64,000 bases of DNA from Owenia fusiformis (taxonomy: Eukaryota), in the NCBI GenBank assembly GCA_903813345.2, contig CAIIXF020000001.1, forward strand, positions 49,166,001 to 49,230,000. Direction: 5' to 3'. A program made the translations under genes and the position numbers. The notes under the pieces were generated by a model. The model was not told the origin of the DNA. It did no database searches and was given only the letters and a program-made list of their open reading frames with translations. Of this stretch, positions 1 to 14,382 are shown piece by piece (position 1 is the stretch's first letter; each line of letters opens with the position of its first letter).

Positions 1-7
1 CAGTTAC

Positions 8-39
8 CTATTAGAAGTAGAATTTCCGTTTTCCACCAT
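8..39 (-). CDS. Probable first coding exon (MVENGNSTSN...) of an unidentified gene continuing off the left edge
   Basis: The minus strand reads aaacATG GTG GAA AAC GGA AAT TCT ACT TCT AAT AG|gtaact: a good start context followed by a GT donor, next to a TCTCGCGAGA-like promoter motif. Too short to identify. Confidence 0.45.
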
Positions 40-59
40 GTTTGATTTCTGGAAAAATT

Positions 60-295
60 AAAATCTCACGAGATCTCGATCAATGCAAGATTGAAAATTA
101 GACCATATAAACAACAAGGTGTCGAAGTTACCCCACATGTCAAAGTAACCCCAAAATGATGTCGACGTTACACCCCTTCGCCCTAGACTATATCCTATTT
201 AGTCTGAATTATATTCAGACTATAAGGCACCTATGTTAAAGTTTGGTAATTCCAAATATTTGTTTACATAGGAAGTGCTATTCAAAATGGCCGAT
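60..295. promoter_or_regulatory. Candidate housekeeping/bidirectional promoter region
   Basis: TCTCACGAGATCTCGA (TCTCGCGAGA-like) at ~64-79, GGAAGTG (ETS-like) at 271-277 and CAAAATGGCCG (YY1-like) at 283-293, between divergent genes. The 181-290 part also resembles a repeat found at ~38418-38670. Confidence 0.35.
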
Positions 296-682
296 TGGAT
301 AAAATTAATTTGCACATTTTTACTTCAACTAGCTTTATTTTCACTAGACAATATGCTGTGTTACTTTTTATTGCATTTAATTGTACCTTACTATTTAATT
401 GGAATTTTGTAATGTTTATTTTATTGAAAAAATGTTTCCTCCAATTGATAATTTTGTGCAAAAAATTTCACTGCAATTTCCACAGGAAAGTAGTACATCA
501 TAACAGACTGACTTCTAGTCAGTCTGTTGGATACATACTACCCTTCGCCCTACCAGTGCAAATAAAAGAACACAGTACTCCTTAGCAGGACTAAGGACTC
601 CTCCAAGGAAGGAGGAGTTTCTGGCTCTGAATTAGAGTGTAAAATACGGAATATTTCAATTAGGTGTTACTCTAATATGGTC

Positions 683-1131
683 TAGTGTTGTCGCGATTAA
701 TCGATACATCGCGATATACATCGCCAAAGCTGATTCTGGCGATGCATCGATGTCTGAAACAAAACATCGATCTTTTTAAAAAAAATTAATTTGCTAAAAT
801 TCACCCTTTCTTATCTTATTTTGACGCAAATCGCTTACCTTTCTCATGTCTTATTTCATTTTCCAATGTTTTCTGATATTCTTTCGCTTTAAAACTGTTT
901 TAGCTAGTCGAAATGAACCATTAATCTAAAAAAATTACTTTACTTTCATTTCACCCTTACTAGATGTCCCCGGATGTACCGGATGTTCGGTATTTTAGTG
1001 CATTAGCGTTCAGTATTTCAGTGCACTTTTCTCGGACTTTTTCTCGATGTACATCGCGATGTGCATCGATGTTTACTACTGAAAATTGCCGATGCATCGA
1101 TGTACGATTATGGCACATCGCGACAACACTA
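683..1131. mobile_element. Non-autonomous hAT-like MITE
   Basis: TIRs TAGTGTTGTCGCGAT...ATCGCGACAACACTA, perfect 8-bp TSD ATATGGTC (675-682, 1132-1139), many subterminal ATCGAT/ATCGCGAT motifs. Confidence 0.9.
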
Positions 1132-1819
1132 ATATGGTCATATATGGTGGTAATCAAGATTAATTTCCTGTAATGGGGACCTATATGGGGTATAATAAAA
1201 ATTCAAAAAATGATAACATATTGTGAATCATTGACCTCTTTCAGCAGTATCCCTTGAAGCTGAATATAAGTAGAACCACTTTTGAGACACTTTTGAAATT
1301 TGGCTTGGCACTTGTTGACTGCAATCACTTACATGACAAATGCATAATATAGGCCTATACAAAGTAACCAGAATTTTTGGATAAAAAATTTGATGATGTT
1401 GTTTATATTTCATTATGTTGAACCAAAACTCACAATTAATAGAAATTCTGAAGGGGAAAAATGTTGACTGTTTTATATAATACAAGTATATCAAATATTT
1501 CCTTTTGGATAAATGTAAAACTTTGTTGGTATAAAACTATGTGATCTTGTATTGACTGTGATATGGATTGTGATACAACCTTTATCCTATGTTCCAAAAA
1601 TTGTGTCTGCACTCAGCACTGTCTTGTCCATGTGTCCTGTCTGTATTCTGAAGAAAACCATTTGATTAATTGATTGACATTTTTATGGGTGTTTTTTTGG
1701 TGTGAAATTGTAAAAAGGATTTGTCTTGGCATGCTGGTTAAAGTCCATTTCATGGAATGATTTGCAACACTGACTAGAACACCGTATATAATACAGCTTT
1801 TTGATGAATTGTTTTTTAG

Positions 1820-4800
1820 GAGCCGTCTTTATATACTGTGAAGGCCATAGCTATTATGGACAATGATGGCAATAGGATGATAGCTAAGGTATGTGATAGA
1901 TCCTCTAGACTCTTATGAGGAAATACAGGGTGCCATAGATCAAAGTGTTTCCCAAATATTCTCAAACTGCTTTTTAGCTCATTTCAGAGAAGAAATTGTT
2001 TGGTAGATGTGTTATAAATTTTTGAAAACTCTAGAGCTTTTCTGCCCATATATCTGATCAGCATTTGAGGAATGCTATACCTTTTAAGACATATTATTGT
2101 CCCTGGCACTAAATAAATCTCATCTTGCCATTTGTGTTACTTTTTGAGTTATTGAAACTTTGAATGCTGCAACAGGCTTAAACATTTTCAGTGTATTATA
2201 TCATATGATCATGTTTAGTAAATAATATTGTGTATTTGGTCAATACAAGTTCAAACTTTAGCAGCAATCATGGACATTGGAAAGAAGCTGAATAGGCTGC
2301 TGATATAGTAAATTAATGTCATTGGTTTCAATTTCAAGTTATTTTTCATTAGGAACCCTGTGGTGAAGTCAAATAATTTCATATTTTTTCTATTTGTAGT
2401 ACTACGATGACACATTTCCAACAACAAAGGAGCAAAAAGCTTTTGAAAAAAATCTCTTCAACAAAACTCACAGAGCAAATGGTAAGTATGGCCATGATTA
2501 AACATGCAAGTTTAGTGAAAAATCCAGTTTATTTTTTTAGTTGATTTCCATATTATGACAGGGGCGTTACATATCTACAATCAACACTACATTTCTCTAT
2601 CTGTAACAGACTTTCATCTCATTCAGACTGAAATTGTATTTTAAATGCTTTTACAGAGATAGTAATATTTTTATTGGTACCTTTCTTCCAGCTGAAATCA
2701 TTATGTTAGAAGGTCTGACCTGTGTATACAGAAGCAACGTGGATCTCTTCTTTTACGTAATAGGCAGTGCTAACGAAAATGAAGTAAGTACAATTATTAT
2801 GTCACCACCAAACGTGGTGACATATTGTTATGGTCTCCATTTTATGATGGCGGTTGGTGATCGGTGGTTGGTGTCTGTAACAAATTCTTAAAACTTCCAA
2901 TAACTTAACAAATACTGTTTAGACTGACTTCATTTTTTTTCAAAATCATCTACAAGTTTTCAGAAGTTCGAATCTGACTTTTGATTTAAGATTTGACCTT
3001 CAATGACCTTTTCAAGGTCAAAAAAGGTCAAAAGGGTCTTTTTTCAACTTGCTTCAAATTGACCAATTTTTTTTTCAAAATCATCTACAAGTTGTCAGAA
3101 GTTCAAATCTGACTTAAGATTTGAGATTTGACCTTCAATGACATTCTCAAGGTCAAAAAATATTTGACCTTCAATGACCTTCTCAAGGTCAAAAATGTCT
3201 ATTTTCAACTTGCTTCAAATTGACCAGTTTTTTTTCAAAATCATCTACAAGTTCTCAGAAGTTCAAATCTGACTTAAGATTGAACTAATAATATTATGAG
3301 CAAGTAGGTGATGACATTTTGTCATGTCAATGCCTTGTTGTGTATGTCGTAAAATAAAAGGAGATGAAATTAGTCTTTGGATAACGTAAATGCAAAGGAA
3401 ACAAACACATGCATTTTTTGATTGATTTTTGAATCTTTGTAGCATAGAATTATATGTAATTTTCAATTGATTCTTCCTTCTTTTCAGTTGATACTAGTGA
3501 GTGTTCTAAATGCCTTCTACGATGCTATAAGTCAAATACTGAGGAAAAATGTTGAAAAGCGTGCATTATTAGAAAATCTCGATGCCACATTCCTAGCCAT
3601 GGATGAGATTTGTGATGGAGGGTAGGTTTGTTAAATATATGCTTTTTACATGCTGCCATCGCTCTGGAGCATTGAAGGCCCATTGAAGAGACTTCTTTGT
3701 AGAGAATTAATTGTCACTCCGTTGAAAACCTAGTTGAGAATTTGGAAGATCATTTTTTTGTAGCCAGAAAATAAACTGTAAATATAACGAGCTATCAAAT
3801 GAACTCAGAGAATGTTCAATGAATTTCAGAATGAAACAGCTGACACTGGAGGTTATACAGCAATCAGTTTGTGATTTACTCTTGACATGTAGAATCCTGC
3901 AATTACATACTTGATAAATCGGCTCAAATGTATGTTTATATGTTAATGTTATTTTCCAGAATTATACTAGAAGCTGACCCTATGTCAGTAGTACAGCGTG
4001 TTGCAATAAGAATGGATGATGTACCTCTAGGAGAACAAACAGTAGCACAGGTAACCCCTCCCTACCAATACACACCTCTCATTATCTATTTACCATATAT
4101 ACACCATCCCTACCAGTATGTACCTTCCCTGCAAATTGTTTACCTCTCTCTACAAATTGTCTAGCTGTCCCTAACAATATACCCCTCTTTACTTTTGACA
4201 ATCACCCTTTTACCCCTATCAACCATCTGCCCAACATTTATCTGAGCCCCATGTTCACTGAATCAAGAAGTATATCAATAGCTTGTACTTGATAAAAATC
4301 GATACTAACTGACATAACTTGTAATTTGTGAACAATAATGAATGTTGCAAAAAGTTGCATCCTCCTTAGCAGGTATCCAGAATCCGTACCTCCTTCTTCC
4401 CCCTGCTATAACCAATTTGGAAGCGCCCGATTAAACTGAATCACATGAACTAATTATGCGCAATGACTTTATACATGATTTCTGCTGCAGTGTTGCGACA
4501 GCCAATCAGATTGTGAGTTCTTAATCCGGGAAATGGTAACTGCTTATCGCAGGGGTAAAAAGAAAGAATATATTCTGGATTTTGAAGCCCTGTGATCGGA
4601 GGATGAAAAAGTTGTGGCATCGAATCTTATCATCTGGTGTCGCTCAATAAGTAAAATATGAGTGAAAGTGAAATGGCCCGTCTTAGGCATTTGAGCCTCT
4701 GATGCTGCACGCATAAATAGTACTTTATATACTATTGGCAATTAAACTTAATACCCCACTGTATGGATTAAATTGTACTACATTTTTATTATTTTTTATT

Positions 4801-6809
4801 TGCTTGTTTTTAAGCATCTTTCTCAGAAGTTGCAGGTAAGGCTTACATTGGACATAAACATCATGGTGTTAAAATAGAGATTATATTATGATAAAGATTA
4901 TATGTAAAAAGATATTGATAGATATTAGCGTTTCATATTATAGACATTGACAATTGCAGTTTTTTATGGGAATAGAAATGATTTGAAGTCAATTAGAATC
5001 GGATTTACTGGTATTACAAACAGTATTTATTTTGTAATGAAAGATGTTGATTCTCTATCTCTTGGAATTTAGGGAGGTATCTTTTTTCATTCAGCATTGA
5101 TGTGTCTTAGATATGTTTGGCAGATATCTCATATAATTAATTAATTCATCAATGAAACCAGGGTTGCGAGTATGAACTCTATCGATGCCATTATCATCAT
5201 ATTTGCAATAGAAATTCAAAGTTTATCAAAGAGAAGATGATAATTGAAAAACACCAACATTTTCAAATTGTTCAAGGGGTTGGGGATTGAATTTCTTTTC
5301 TTCACAGCTATTGTCATTTGGACACAATCCCAAACTGGATCCATAATGATATAATGGGTGCACAATGTCAAATACTTAACATTCTTCAGTTGTTGCAAAA
5401 GGAGTCAATGGAGCCCCTTATAAAGGCAAGGCTATTTGTTGCATTCATTTTGTTCCCATTATGTTTGTTATGGACTCATGTACTAAACAGTTCAGACTTC
5501 TTAAAGTTGAAAACTTGTGACATGTCCATATTGCATCCATGTACATGTAATCCAACTCTGTCTCAGTTAATTATATTTTGTTAATAGGCTTTCATTTTCT
5601 TCTGATTCTATCTTATAGACGTCATCTAAGAAGGTCAATTCACTTTTAATTTTTAAATAACTTTTTGGAAATTACTCATTGATCATTGAAGCTTTGAGAA
5701 TTTGTGACAATGGTGAAGGGCAATAGACTGGACATAGTTGCTACCATATTTTTCTCAAAATAAGGCCCACGCTAGATCTTAATTCTTTATGGACCTTATT
5801 TTGAAAGAAAATTCATTATGAGGTCCTTGAGGCTTTTATTTGAATTTTAAAACACTTTGCAGGTCATTTTGACACTTTGAAATAAACAATAAACAACAAT
5901 AAACAGCATATGAGTTTGTTCAACATAATGAATGGGCCTTATTCAAAAGAAATCCAGTAGCATGTTTTGGATTTATTTCCTTTCTATTTATTGTTTTATC
6001 TCAGAACATCATTTCATTTTTATTATTGGTGACTTAACATTATTGGTGGAAGTAGTGTGTAGCTATGGTGATGAGGTGTGTCCAATGTAGGCCTTAACAT
6101 GTATGTGTATATACTGTGTATGATTATTGACCTAGAGGTCAACTGTAAAAATAGTGTCATGAAGCAACAATACAAACATAAGACTTAATAAGTGTGTAAA
6201 CATGTCCTTGCTTGATTGTGTCATGATACAATATACCAAGTCAACCAAACTGTTGACCCCACTTTGGCCAATCAGAATGGTGTATTTAGACTGAGGTGGT
6301 AACATTTACCAAAAGCTATATGTGCCAGTTTGCAGAATGTTTGTGTTGGCTATTGGAATTGAGGGACTCAATTTTTATTGCCCCGACAAAGTTCTCTAGG
6401 GATTTAGTGAAGCTCTATCTCTCAAATAGTAGTGGAAAGATGTAAATGCTTTACGTCGTTATGTTTTTATGTCACCTCCAAAAGTAGTCTTAAACTTTTT
6501 TTGTGTTTGGGGGGTGGTCGGCATTCAGCGGTCTGTGTCTGTAACAAATGGCAGTTGGTGTGTTAATGCCTTATCTAGCCATGCAATATTTTAATTACCA
6601 GTTACAATGCTAATATAAGTAAAACAACAGATACACATTTTCATTCAATCAATGACAATCATGAGGGTCATAAAAACCAAGTATAGATTCACTTGATGGT
6701 AATTATTATTGGAGCTCAATGCATCTGTTTATACTTAAGCACATGATTGCTCTTCTTTCAGGTTATACAGTCAGCAAAAGAGCAGATCAAGTGGTCATTA
6801 CTCAAGTAG
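1820..6809 (+). CDS. COPZ1: Coatomer subunit zeta (COPI), missing its short first exon
   Basis: Exons 1820-1888, 2400-2481, 2692-2783, 3488-3621, 3960-4050, 6762-6809, all GT-AG and phase-consistent. They give [76 protein letters not shown]...DEICDGGIILEADP...[21 protein letters not shown], which is recognisably zeta-COP. AATAAA near 7046. Confidence 0.97.
2797..3337 (+). mobile_element. Helentron-like (HINE/DINE-type) interspersed element with internal ~136-bp tandem units
   Basis: 5' hairpin TATGTCACCAC...GTGGTGACATA, internal CAAAATCATCTACAAG...GACCTTCAATGACCTTCTCAAGGTCAAAA units, 3' end GATGACATTTTGTCATGTCAATGCCTTG. The same family recurs elsewhere in the window. Superfamily call is from structure only. 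Confidence 0.7.
4815..4835 (+). CDS. COPZ1: Candidate 21-nt alternative microexon of COPZ (HLSQKLQ)
   Basis: tttgcttgtttttaag|CATCTTTCTCAGAAGTTGCAG|gtaagg: strong splice sites, phase 0-0 matching the host intron, TGC inside the pyrimidine tract. Confidence 0.65.
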
Positions 6810-9668
6810 CATCAGGGGATATACAGAACTATTTATTTATAACACACTATATGAGGGAAGATAGTGTACATTATACAGCCACACAAAGCACAAGATTCTC
6901 AACTATTCAGTGACTCATACTAGAATATATGTTCCAAAGGCAAACCATCCAATGACCAATTGACCTGCCAACGACTTGGTGATCTTTCATTACCTTGAAA
7001 GCAGTTGCTCAGTCAGTCATCTCTCTTGACTAGGATCAGAGTCTCAATAAAATTGCAAAAAGTTTCAACAACTGAAACTTTTCAGAGTTCCATTATCTGA
7101 CATTATTATCATATTGTATCCATAAATATGAACATATCCTTATAGGACCCATGAGAGACAACAATATAGTTTTGATTTTGAAAGTATAACTTTTGGTTAC
7201 CATCTGGTGCAAGAGTTAAATGTGGCATTTGTACATGCTTGTGTGGAATATATTGGATGTCACTTGCTTGGCCTCCAAAATATATCATAAATTGTAAATA
7301 TGATAAACTATATAGAAAAATATATAGATTATAAAAATATGCAGTTTTATGTTTGCTTAAAGATAATATTTAATCTAGAAGAGACTTAGTATAAAGTAGA
7401 AAATCAAGGACAATCATTTCTGGACATGCATGCCCCACAGAAATGTAGTTTCCTACAATTCAATTCAGTCAAACTTGGGCATTCTTGGTTTTGTTATATT
7501 TAAACCTCAGGTTATATACACTGGTAATCTACTGTACATAATGCAACTAACTATTAAGACAGGGTGAGTAAGGCAATGGTTAGTTGAGAGGGGAGAAAAA
7601 CCAGAAACCTTTATAGGAAATACCTTACACCTTCTGGCACAGGTTTCCAAAGTTGAATGTGAATTCACAGTATGTGACTTACTGATAGATTTTAAGATTT
7701 TTATGAGATTTACAGGACTGAGTAACACTTAACTCCTGTACCCCCTCTCTAAGAACAAGATTGTAAGAGAGAAGAGTGGTTACAAATGGTGCAACTCTAC
7801 TGTATGCCTCCCCCCTATTTTATGAGATTCTTTTCTGTTTCACACATTTAAAATTACATCCTTTACTTCAATGATGTGTCAGAAAAGACAACAGGATTTT
7901 TGTTTTACATTTAAAGAGAATTATTTATTTCCTTTGGTATAATGAAGTACATTGTGGATACACATGTAGATCACCTGTGCAACAATTTAGACAGTGACAG
8001 TACCCATCCCCAAAGCAGCAAATCCTAATGAAAATTATCAACCAGTGGCTCTTCAAAATTCCTAATTTTGAATCTAATTTTTGCTAGAAATGGCACATTT
8101 TATTTGCACATCCTGCTAAATGCAGGGCTCCAGACCTCATTAACACTTTCACACTGAAAGTCAGTCTTATTTAGACCAATGTGAAAAGTTCAATGTTCAT
8201 ATTTAGGTGAGGATCATCAGTACAAGTAATAGAATATGAACTAGAAATTTCAATTGTTTATGTATTACACGCACAAGTATTTTAATACCCCTAAATCATG
8301 TGTATGGTTTTGACCAATCACTGTTACATTGATTTAAGGATACATCCCATGTACATATTCAGCTTGGAAAGTCAAACAATCACAAAAGCCAACATAGCTT
8401 AAAAATCGAAATATACACCCATCATTTTTGAAATGAAATATGTATACTGCAATATGAAACAAAATACAGAAAGTTTTAAAGGGAGTAGAAGGGAAAAAGA
8501 CAAGTTGAGAGGAAGTTTTGAAGAAGTTTTGACAATTCTACAAACTTTTGCTCATTCTTTTTTCTAAAAGTCCAGTCAAAACAGTTCCAGTCAAAACTTA
8601 AAAGGAGTGATATCCCCTTTTCAATTATAATGATTTTTTCCATCTCTTTCTGCATCTTAAGTTTCAATAGGTTCTATATTTGATCAGAACATCTTTATTC
8701 TTTTAACGGAAAACATAATTAGAATTGGGAGGGAAACATTGGCATGATCCTGAAAAATATTCTCCCAACAATTCACACTCTTCATCCCTTTTAATTCCTT
8801 TAATCTGTTCACCCATAACCAAGCATTACACTGACATGAAGAATAAGTACATTTTAACATGATTTAAACATCCTACAAAGGTATCAATGCATTGTATACT
8901 TTTAGAAAATATAACCATTGTTTGAATGGTAAATCACAGAATTGTCATTTCTATGCCCCAGACAAGGCTAAATGTTTACTTTTTACTTGACTGTCACAAA
9001 TGCATGTTTGCAATCATAAATTCCCACAGATTCATTTACTTTCTCGTCATAGTCGCACCATTCCTGGAAATACATGTGAAATACAGAATAATTATTAACC
9101 ATATAAGCACTATACATGCATAAATCAGTAACCAATCAGACTGAAATATATTGCTCAACCAAGATGGCAGCACATTTTTCACTCACTTGAGCTATATTTA
9201 CATCTTGAGAGAGAATCCTGCACCGAGGAATTTATATAAAAAATATGAAGTGGTTCAGAAACATATGGAGACTAGATTGATCATTGTCTTCAAAATAAAT
9301 AAAGGAAAAGTAGGTCATCTCTTCATATCGAAAGCTAATATTTATCAAAACATTGTGTGGGATAATATACGAGTATCCTTAATTAGTGAGAAAAGTGCCA
9401 TAAGTTTTTTAGATTTGCTTTAATTGCATTGAGATTTTTATCAAATAAAACCTAGATGGTATGGTGCATTCCCATGTAGTTTGATATGCTATGATAAGTT
9501 AACTCTACCATATAGTGAGTTTTCTATGTGAGAGAGAGAGATTTCAGTACTCTGGAGCAGTTATTAATGTACTTATAAATGTGCACATACAGAAGAATCA
9601 TATTATATGAAATATGGTGAATCAACATTGATTCATGCTCTTCACGCGGTACTAACTCACCGGGGCGT

Positions 9669-10525
9669 ATCGAAACCAAAACGCCCCGCAAAACCGTTAA
9701 TTTGAATTTCAAATCTACCCTTTCTTTGGAAAATCAATGATTGTGAGTCTCACAGTACACCGTTTTTCTTCAAACTTGTTCCATTAAAACCTTCACAGAT
9801 GTACAATCATGTACCTTTCACTCCAGACATTGTTTTTGAGTACAGAGCGTTTTGGTCCCCAGATGTAAGAAGATGCAAATCTTCAGAGATTTCAACCAAA
9901 AGCCTCAATATATCGCCATTTCTTTTATTATTCTCCCCTATATAATGCACAAGGACTCCCATTACAACCCTCCATCTCTGCATCAACATATTTATTACAT
10001 TAAACGCAGCAATTTCCAAAAGTCCTACGCATCTGTTCGAAATTGATCAAAACGCCCCGTTCTCTTCCAAAACGCCCCGTTGGATCTATACACCTTATCT
10101 AGATACTGACTGGACTGCGGGGCGTTTTGGAAGACAACGGGGCGTTTTGGTCAATTTCGAACAGTTGCGTAGGATTTTTCAAAATTGCTGTGTTTCATGT
10201 AATAAATATGTTTTTGCAGCGATGGAGGGTTGTAATGGGGGTCCTTGCGCAGAATATGGGGGAGAGTGATAGAAGAACTGGCGAGATATCAAGAATTATG
10301 GTTGAAATCTCTGAGGATTTGCAACTTCTCATATCTGGGGACCAAAACGCAGCTAAAATGAGGGACTTTGTAAACAATAGCAATGTCTCGACTAAAAGGT
10401 ATTTCTGTAAAGGTTTTAATAGAACAAGTTTGAGGAAAAATGGTATAGTGTGAGACTCACAATCATTGATTTTCCAAAGACAGTGTAGATTTGAAATTCA
10501 AATTAAGTGTGGGGCGTTTTGGTTG
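9669..10525. mobile_element. Foldback MITE, almost fully palindromic
   Basis: ~9670-10080 is the diverged reverse complement of ~10118-10525; CCAAAACGCCCC/GGGGCGTTTTGG motifs occur at the ends and centre. Ends approximate. Confidence 0.85.
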
Positions 10526-11893
10526 ATATATCAATATCAACGAATAGATTAAAATAATATTCTGAAAAAATCATAAGATCGTGTTCTTATTATCCTACAC
10601 TTACGAGATAAAGTACTAAATGTATAATATCATAAAAAATTATAGTTCAATTTGGCTGGAAATCAACTAGCGGAGTAGGGTCCTATAGCATCACAATATC
10701 CTCCGCATATTGGTTTTCGGGAGTATATTGTGGCGATATCTTCTGGTTATTCATAGATATCAAATTTATTTTTTAATGTTATTATACATATAGTAGGATA
10801 AATAGCAATATATAGAGAGGAAACTTAACTTCAATAAATCTTTACTATGACATACCTTTTCTAAGAGATTGATATCAGAAAACTTGGACCCGGACTCTGC
10901 CCCCTCTGCCGTCCATCCAGCCTTAAATAGAAATGTTGAAGTAGCAATATCAAGACAAGGCATTAACATGCAAAACCATTTGTTACAGACACCAACCACT
11001 GTCACAAAAAAATGGAGACCATAACAACATGTCACCACTTTTTGGTGGTGGCATAAAAACTAAAACATTACAATGAAAAGCAAATATGGCTATCTCAAGG
11101 CAGGACATCTGAAGAACTTCAGAGTCAGAATGTCAGAATGTAATAGACCTAGTTCATCAGGAAGCAATATCTGAAGAGACTGTTGTATAAGTTAAAACAT
11201 AAATATTTCATATCGAACATTAGATACCACTGACACCTACCCTTGGTGAAAAGTCTGTTGGTTCTACTCCCCTACAATCAAACGTGACAATCTTAACAAG
11301 TTTTGAAGAATCAGAATCCTCAGCTGTGTAAGTCCCTATGCTCTCTTTCACAATGTCTGGAATACAAATAACATATCCCATAATTTGAAGATCAAAATTT
11401 CACAGAAAGTACAATTGTGAGCACAAATGTGATTTCATATTTTTACTTTTTCAGATATTAGATTTAACTGCATAATTTTACCTTTGCATTCTCATCATTC
11501 ATTCAATGTTCAGTTCCTTCATCAAAGGGACACAGGAAAAATATATTGCATAGAAATTGGTCAGAAATAAAAAAAAGTTGCCATTTTGAATCACAATTTT
11601 GAGGTGCATGGAGGATGAACTTTTATTTTATTGGTCTATGACTGATGTCAATCCCTTCATATCATCATCAATGATGGGTTGAAAATCATTTATTTGAACA
11701 ACAAAACGTTAATTTCTGGAGTAGTTAAGCAAAATTATCACATCGATACAAAGAGATGTAAGGTCTACATGTATGTTGCATCACATTATTTTGGATGGGA
11801 CAGAACAAAAATACTTCAGAAAAGCATACAGGCCTTCCATACAGAACATTGGAATTAGCTCACATAGTAAAATAATAATTATAATGTAAACAT

Positions 11894-12748
11894 TAGAGAG
11901 ATTTCGCACCTAGTGAAAGTAACTTATAACGTATACTTATAGGTAAACGTACAAGGTGTTTCATAATGTGAGCTTTTCGTCAGGAAAGATCTTCTCGGAC
12001 TGTAATAAATACAGGTCAAAGGGATGCCATTTGTACTTTCTTGAATTGTTGCATGTTTAGTTGATCCAAATGTGTTTGTCTAGAATAAAATAGGCTCATA
12101 TATAGTACATATGTTATAGACCCATCTCTTCTCAAATTGACTTTTTGGAGATGCTCGTTATGAAACACCCTGTATGTCATATGTTGAGCTACTGAATGGG
12201 TCGTTTCCAGGAATTGCTAGAACCTACTGGTTTGATTGGTGTTTCAAATTGATGGTTAAAGTATTTGATTGGATACTGTTTCCACTCAGCCAATTAATTT
12301 GAAAAAATGCTTGCGGTCAATTGTTCCACACACATGTAGGCAAATCTTTATACGGAGATCCAACTGTATACATTATCATCTACGTAAATATACCGTTTTG
12401 TAAGTTCATTGAACTTACACTGATCATGAAAACATTGAAATAATCAACTTGTTTATGTAATGACTCACTTTAAAGAATCATGACTCCCTTTAAAGGATCG
12501 TGTTTATAATACACTACAACTACAAGGACACAGAAGCAAGCATTTAATTATAATGTGCATAATCTACACGTGCAGATGACAGTGCATCCATAGTCTCAAG
12601 TTGATGGAGCTTTTCTATAACGGGAATAGTTATGTTCCATTAAGTACAATTTAAAATTCATTTTAGTAAATATAATAGTTCGACATGACCCTTTAAACTA
12701 TATGTATACGTATAAGTTGTACTTTCACTTATGTGCGAAATCTCTCTA
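11894..12748. mobile_element. Non-autonomous TIR element with a nested Tc1/mariner-like MITE (11952-12172)
   Basis: Outer TIR TAGAGAGATTTCGCAC...GTGCGAAATCTCTCTA; inner TA|CAAGGTGTTTCATAA...TTATGAAACACCCTG|TA. Confidence 0.75.
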
Positions 12749-14149
12749 TTATGATATTTTTACTTATATAAGTGTACATATAATAGCTTAGAATATTGAA
12801 CAGGAACAATTCAATTACAATTTAATTGGGGAAATTGATGTGTCTGGTTCCATTAGAAAAAGATCTTCATATTTAAACCATTACTAAAACCGAAACCCGT
12901 GCCAGTAACATGGAACGGACAGTTTTGGGTGACTGTCTCATTTCTAACATTGATGTGTTGTATTCAGATAATAGAAATTTTGCATGAAACAAAAGTAGTG
13001 CAAGGAAGAGGTTTATAAATTTATTTGTATGTCAGCCTTTGATATCACTAATGACTTACCAATGGAATTCTCCCTTGCACACAATTTACACTTCAGCACC
13101 AAACTAGCATGTCCCCTGCCTCCCTTTAATGGGGAATTCTCCTGAAAGATGATACAGTATTCTAATGAAGATATTACTGAACAGTCGTTTCTTGTTCATA
13201 AGGTAACTGAGCTTTATGTATTATTCATAGTGTACACTTACATTTTTTGTGTTTACAGTAGTTTGGTATCCATGTTATTTGCCAATCCATGTTAATCGTT
13301 AGCATATAATGATGAGCATATAGTATAGTATTGTGTATATCAAACTTACCAACAATGAAAGGTAGGTAAACTCTGGGGTTTCTTCTCCACAATTGAGACA
13401 TTTCAGCTGAAAAGACAAGAACATTGTAAAAGTCCATAGCTAACTGTCACTACATGGGCATTAGCCAAATGTAAAGCCATTATTTGGAAGCAATAAAACA
13501 GATTTCTTGATTACACAAATTTACTCAGGAATGTATTGAGGTAGGTCATTTAAGTGTGCAATGCATATACTTTCTCCAACATTGAAGAAACACTGCCTGA
13601 ACAATGGCTGGATCTTACGACCACAATGTAAGTGGGTTACACAGGCGGTACCAGAAGAACAAGGGGCCTCAATTTCAAGTCAAGTCAGGCAAAAAAATTT
13701 CTGTGGAAAAAAATGTTGGGCCCCTAAAACCAAAAATTGAACCCAAGTTTAGGAAATTTAAGGCCAATTTTTGATAATTTGGCCAAAAAGGCCAAGTTAT
13801 GCCAAAAAGGCCCATTTTGAGGCCCTACCAAATTTTGAGCCAAAATTTTTTAGAGCCCTAAAATGATCATGACTTGTGTGATATCGTAACACGTTGACAG
13901 TTATTTATTGAAATTAATCACTTTCTATATTTAAAATCAAAACTCAATTCGAGATAAGTATTTGTATGAGCCCCGGACATTGTATTTTATTAATATGATT
14001 TCCCTGCCAATTTATATTAAAGGTTGAATAAATAGTGCAGAGACGTATTCAACGATCATGGTCCTGGTATCAAAATATATCAAATTTTGGATATATTTCA
14101 TTACGGCTAACATCTATTTTCATTAGCTACAAAGAAAACCCCCGAACAC

Positions 14150-14382
14150 CAGATTCTAACAGCCTCTCGACGCTCCTTCAGTGGCTCCCACTGTAGGTCT
14201 TGAAGAGCTTTGGTGACGCAGCCTGGTTCCCTTGAGTGACATTTGGTGACGCAGCCTGGTTCCCTTGAGTGACATTTGGTTACAAACCTGGCTGCTCTTC
14301 TCTGTACCTGTTCCAACATATCAATATCTTTTTGTCAATATGGATCCCAAGCCGAGCTGGCATACTCTAAATTAGGCCGGAC
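14150..14382 (-). mobile_element. LINE (CR1/L2-clade) ORF2 C-terminal fragment, degenerate
   Basis: The minus strand reads VRPNLEYASSAWDPY*QKDIDMLEQVQRRAARFV...LQDLQWEPLKERR, the typical post-RT motif, with an in-frame stop and a 33-nt internal duplication. Confidence 0.85.

Noticed and set aside
287..420. ATG in CAAAATGGCCG as the COPZ start
   Set aside because: No suitable donor follows and the sequence belongs to a repeat; COPZ exon 1 remains unidentified.
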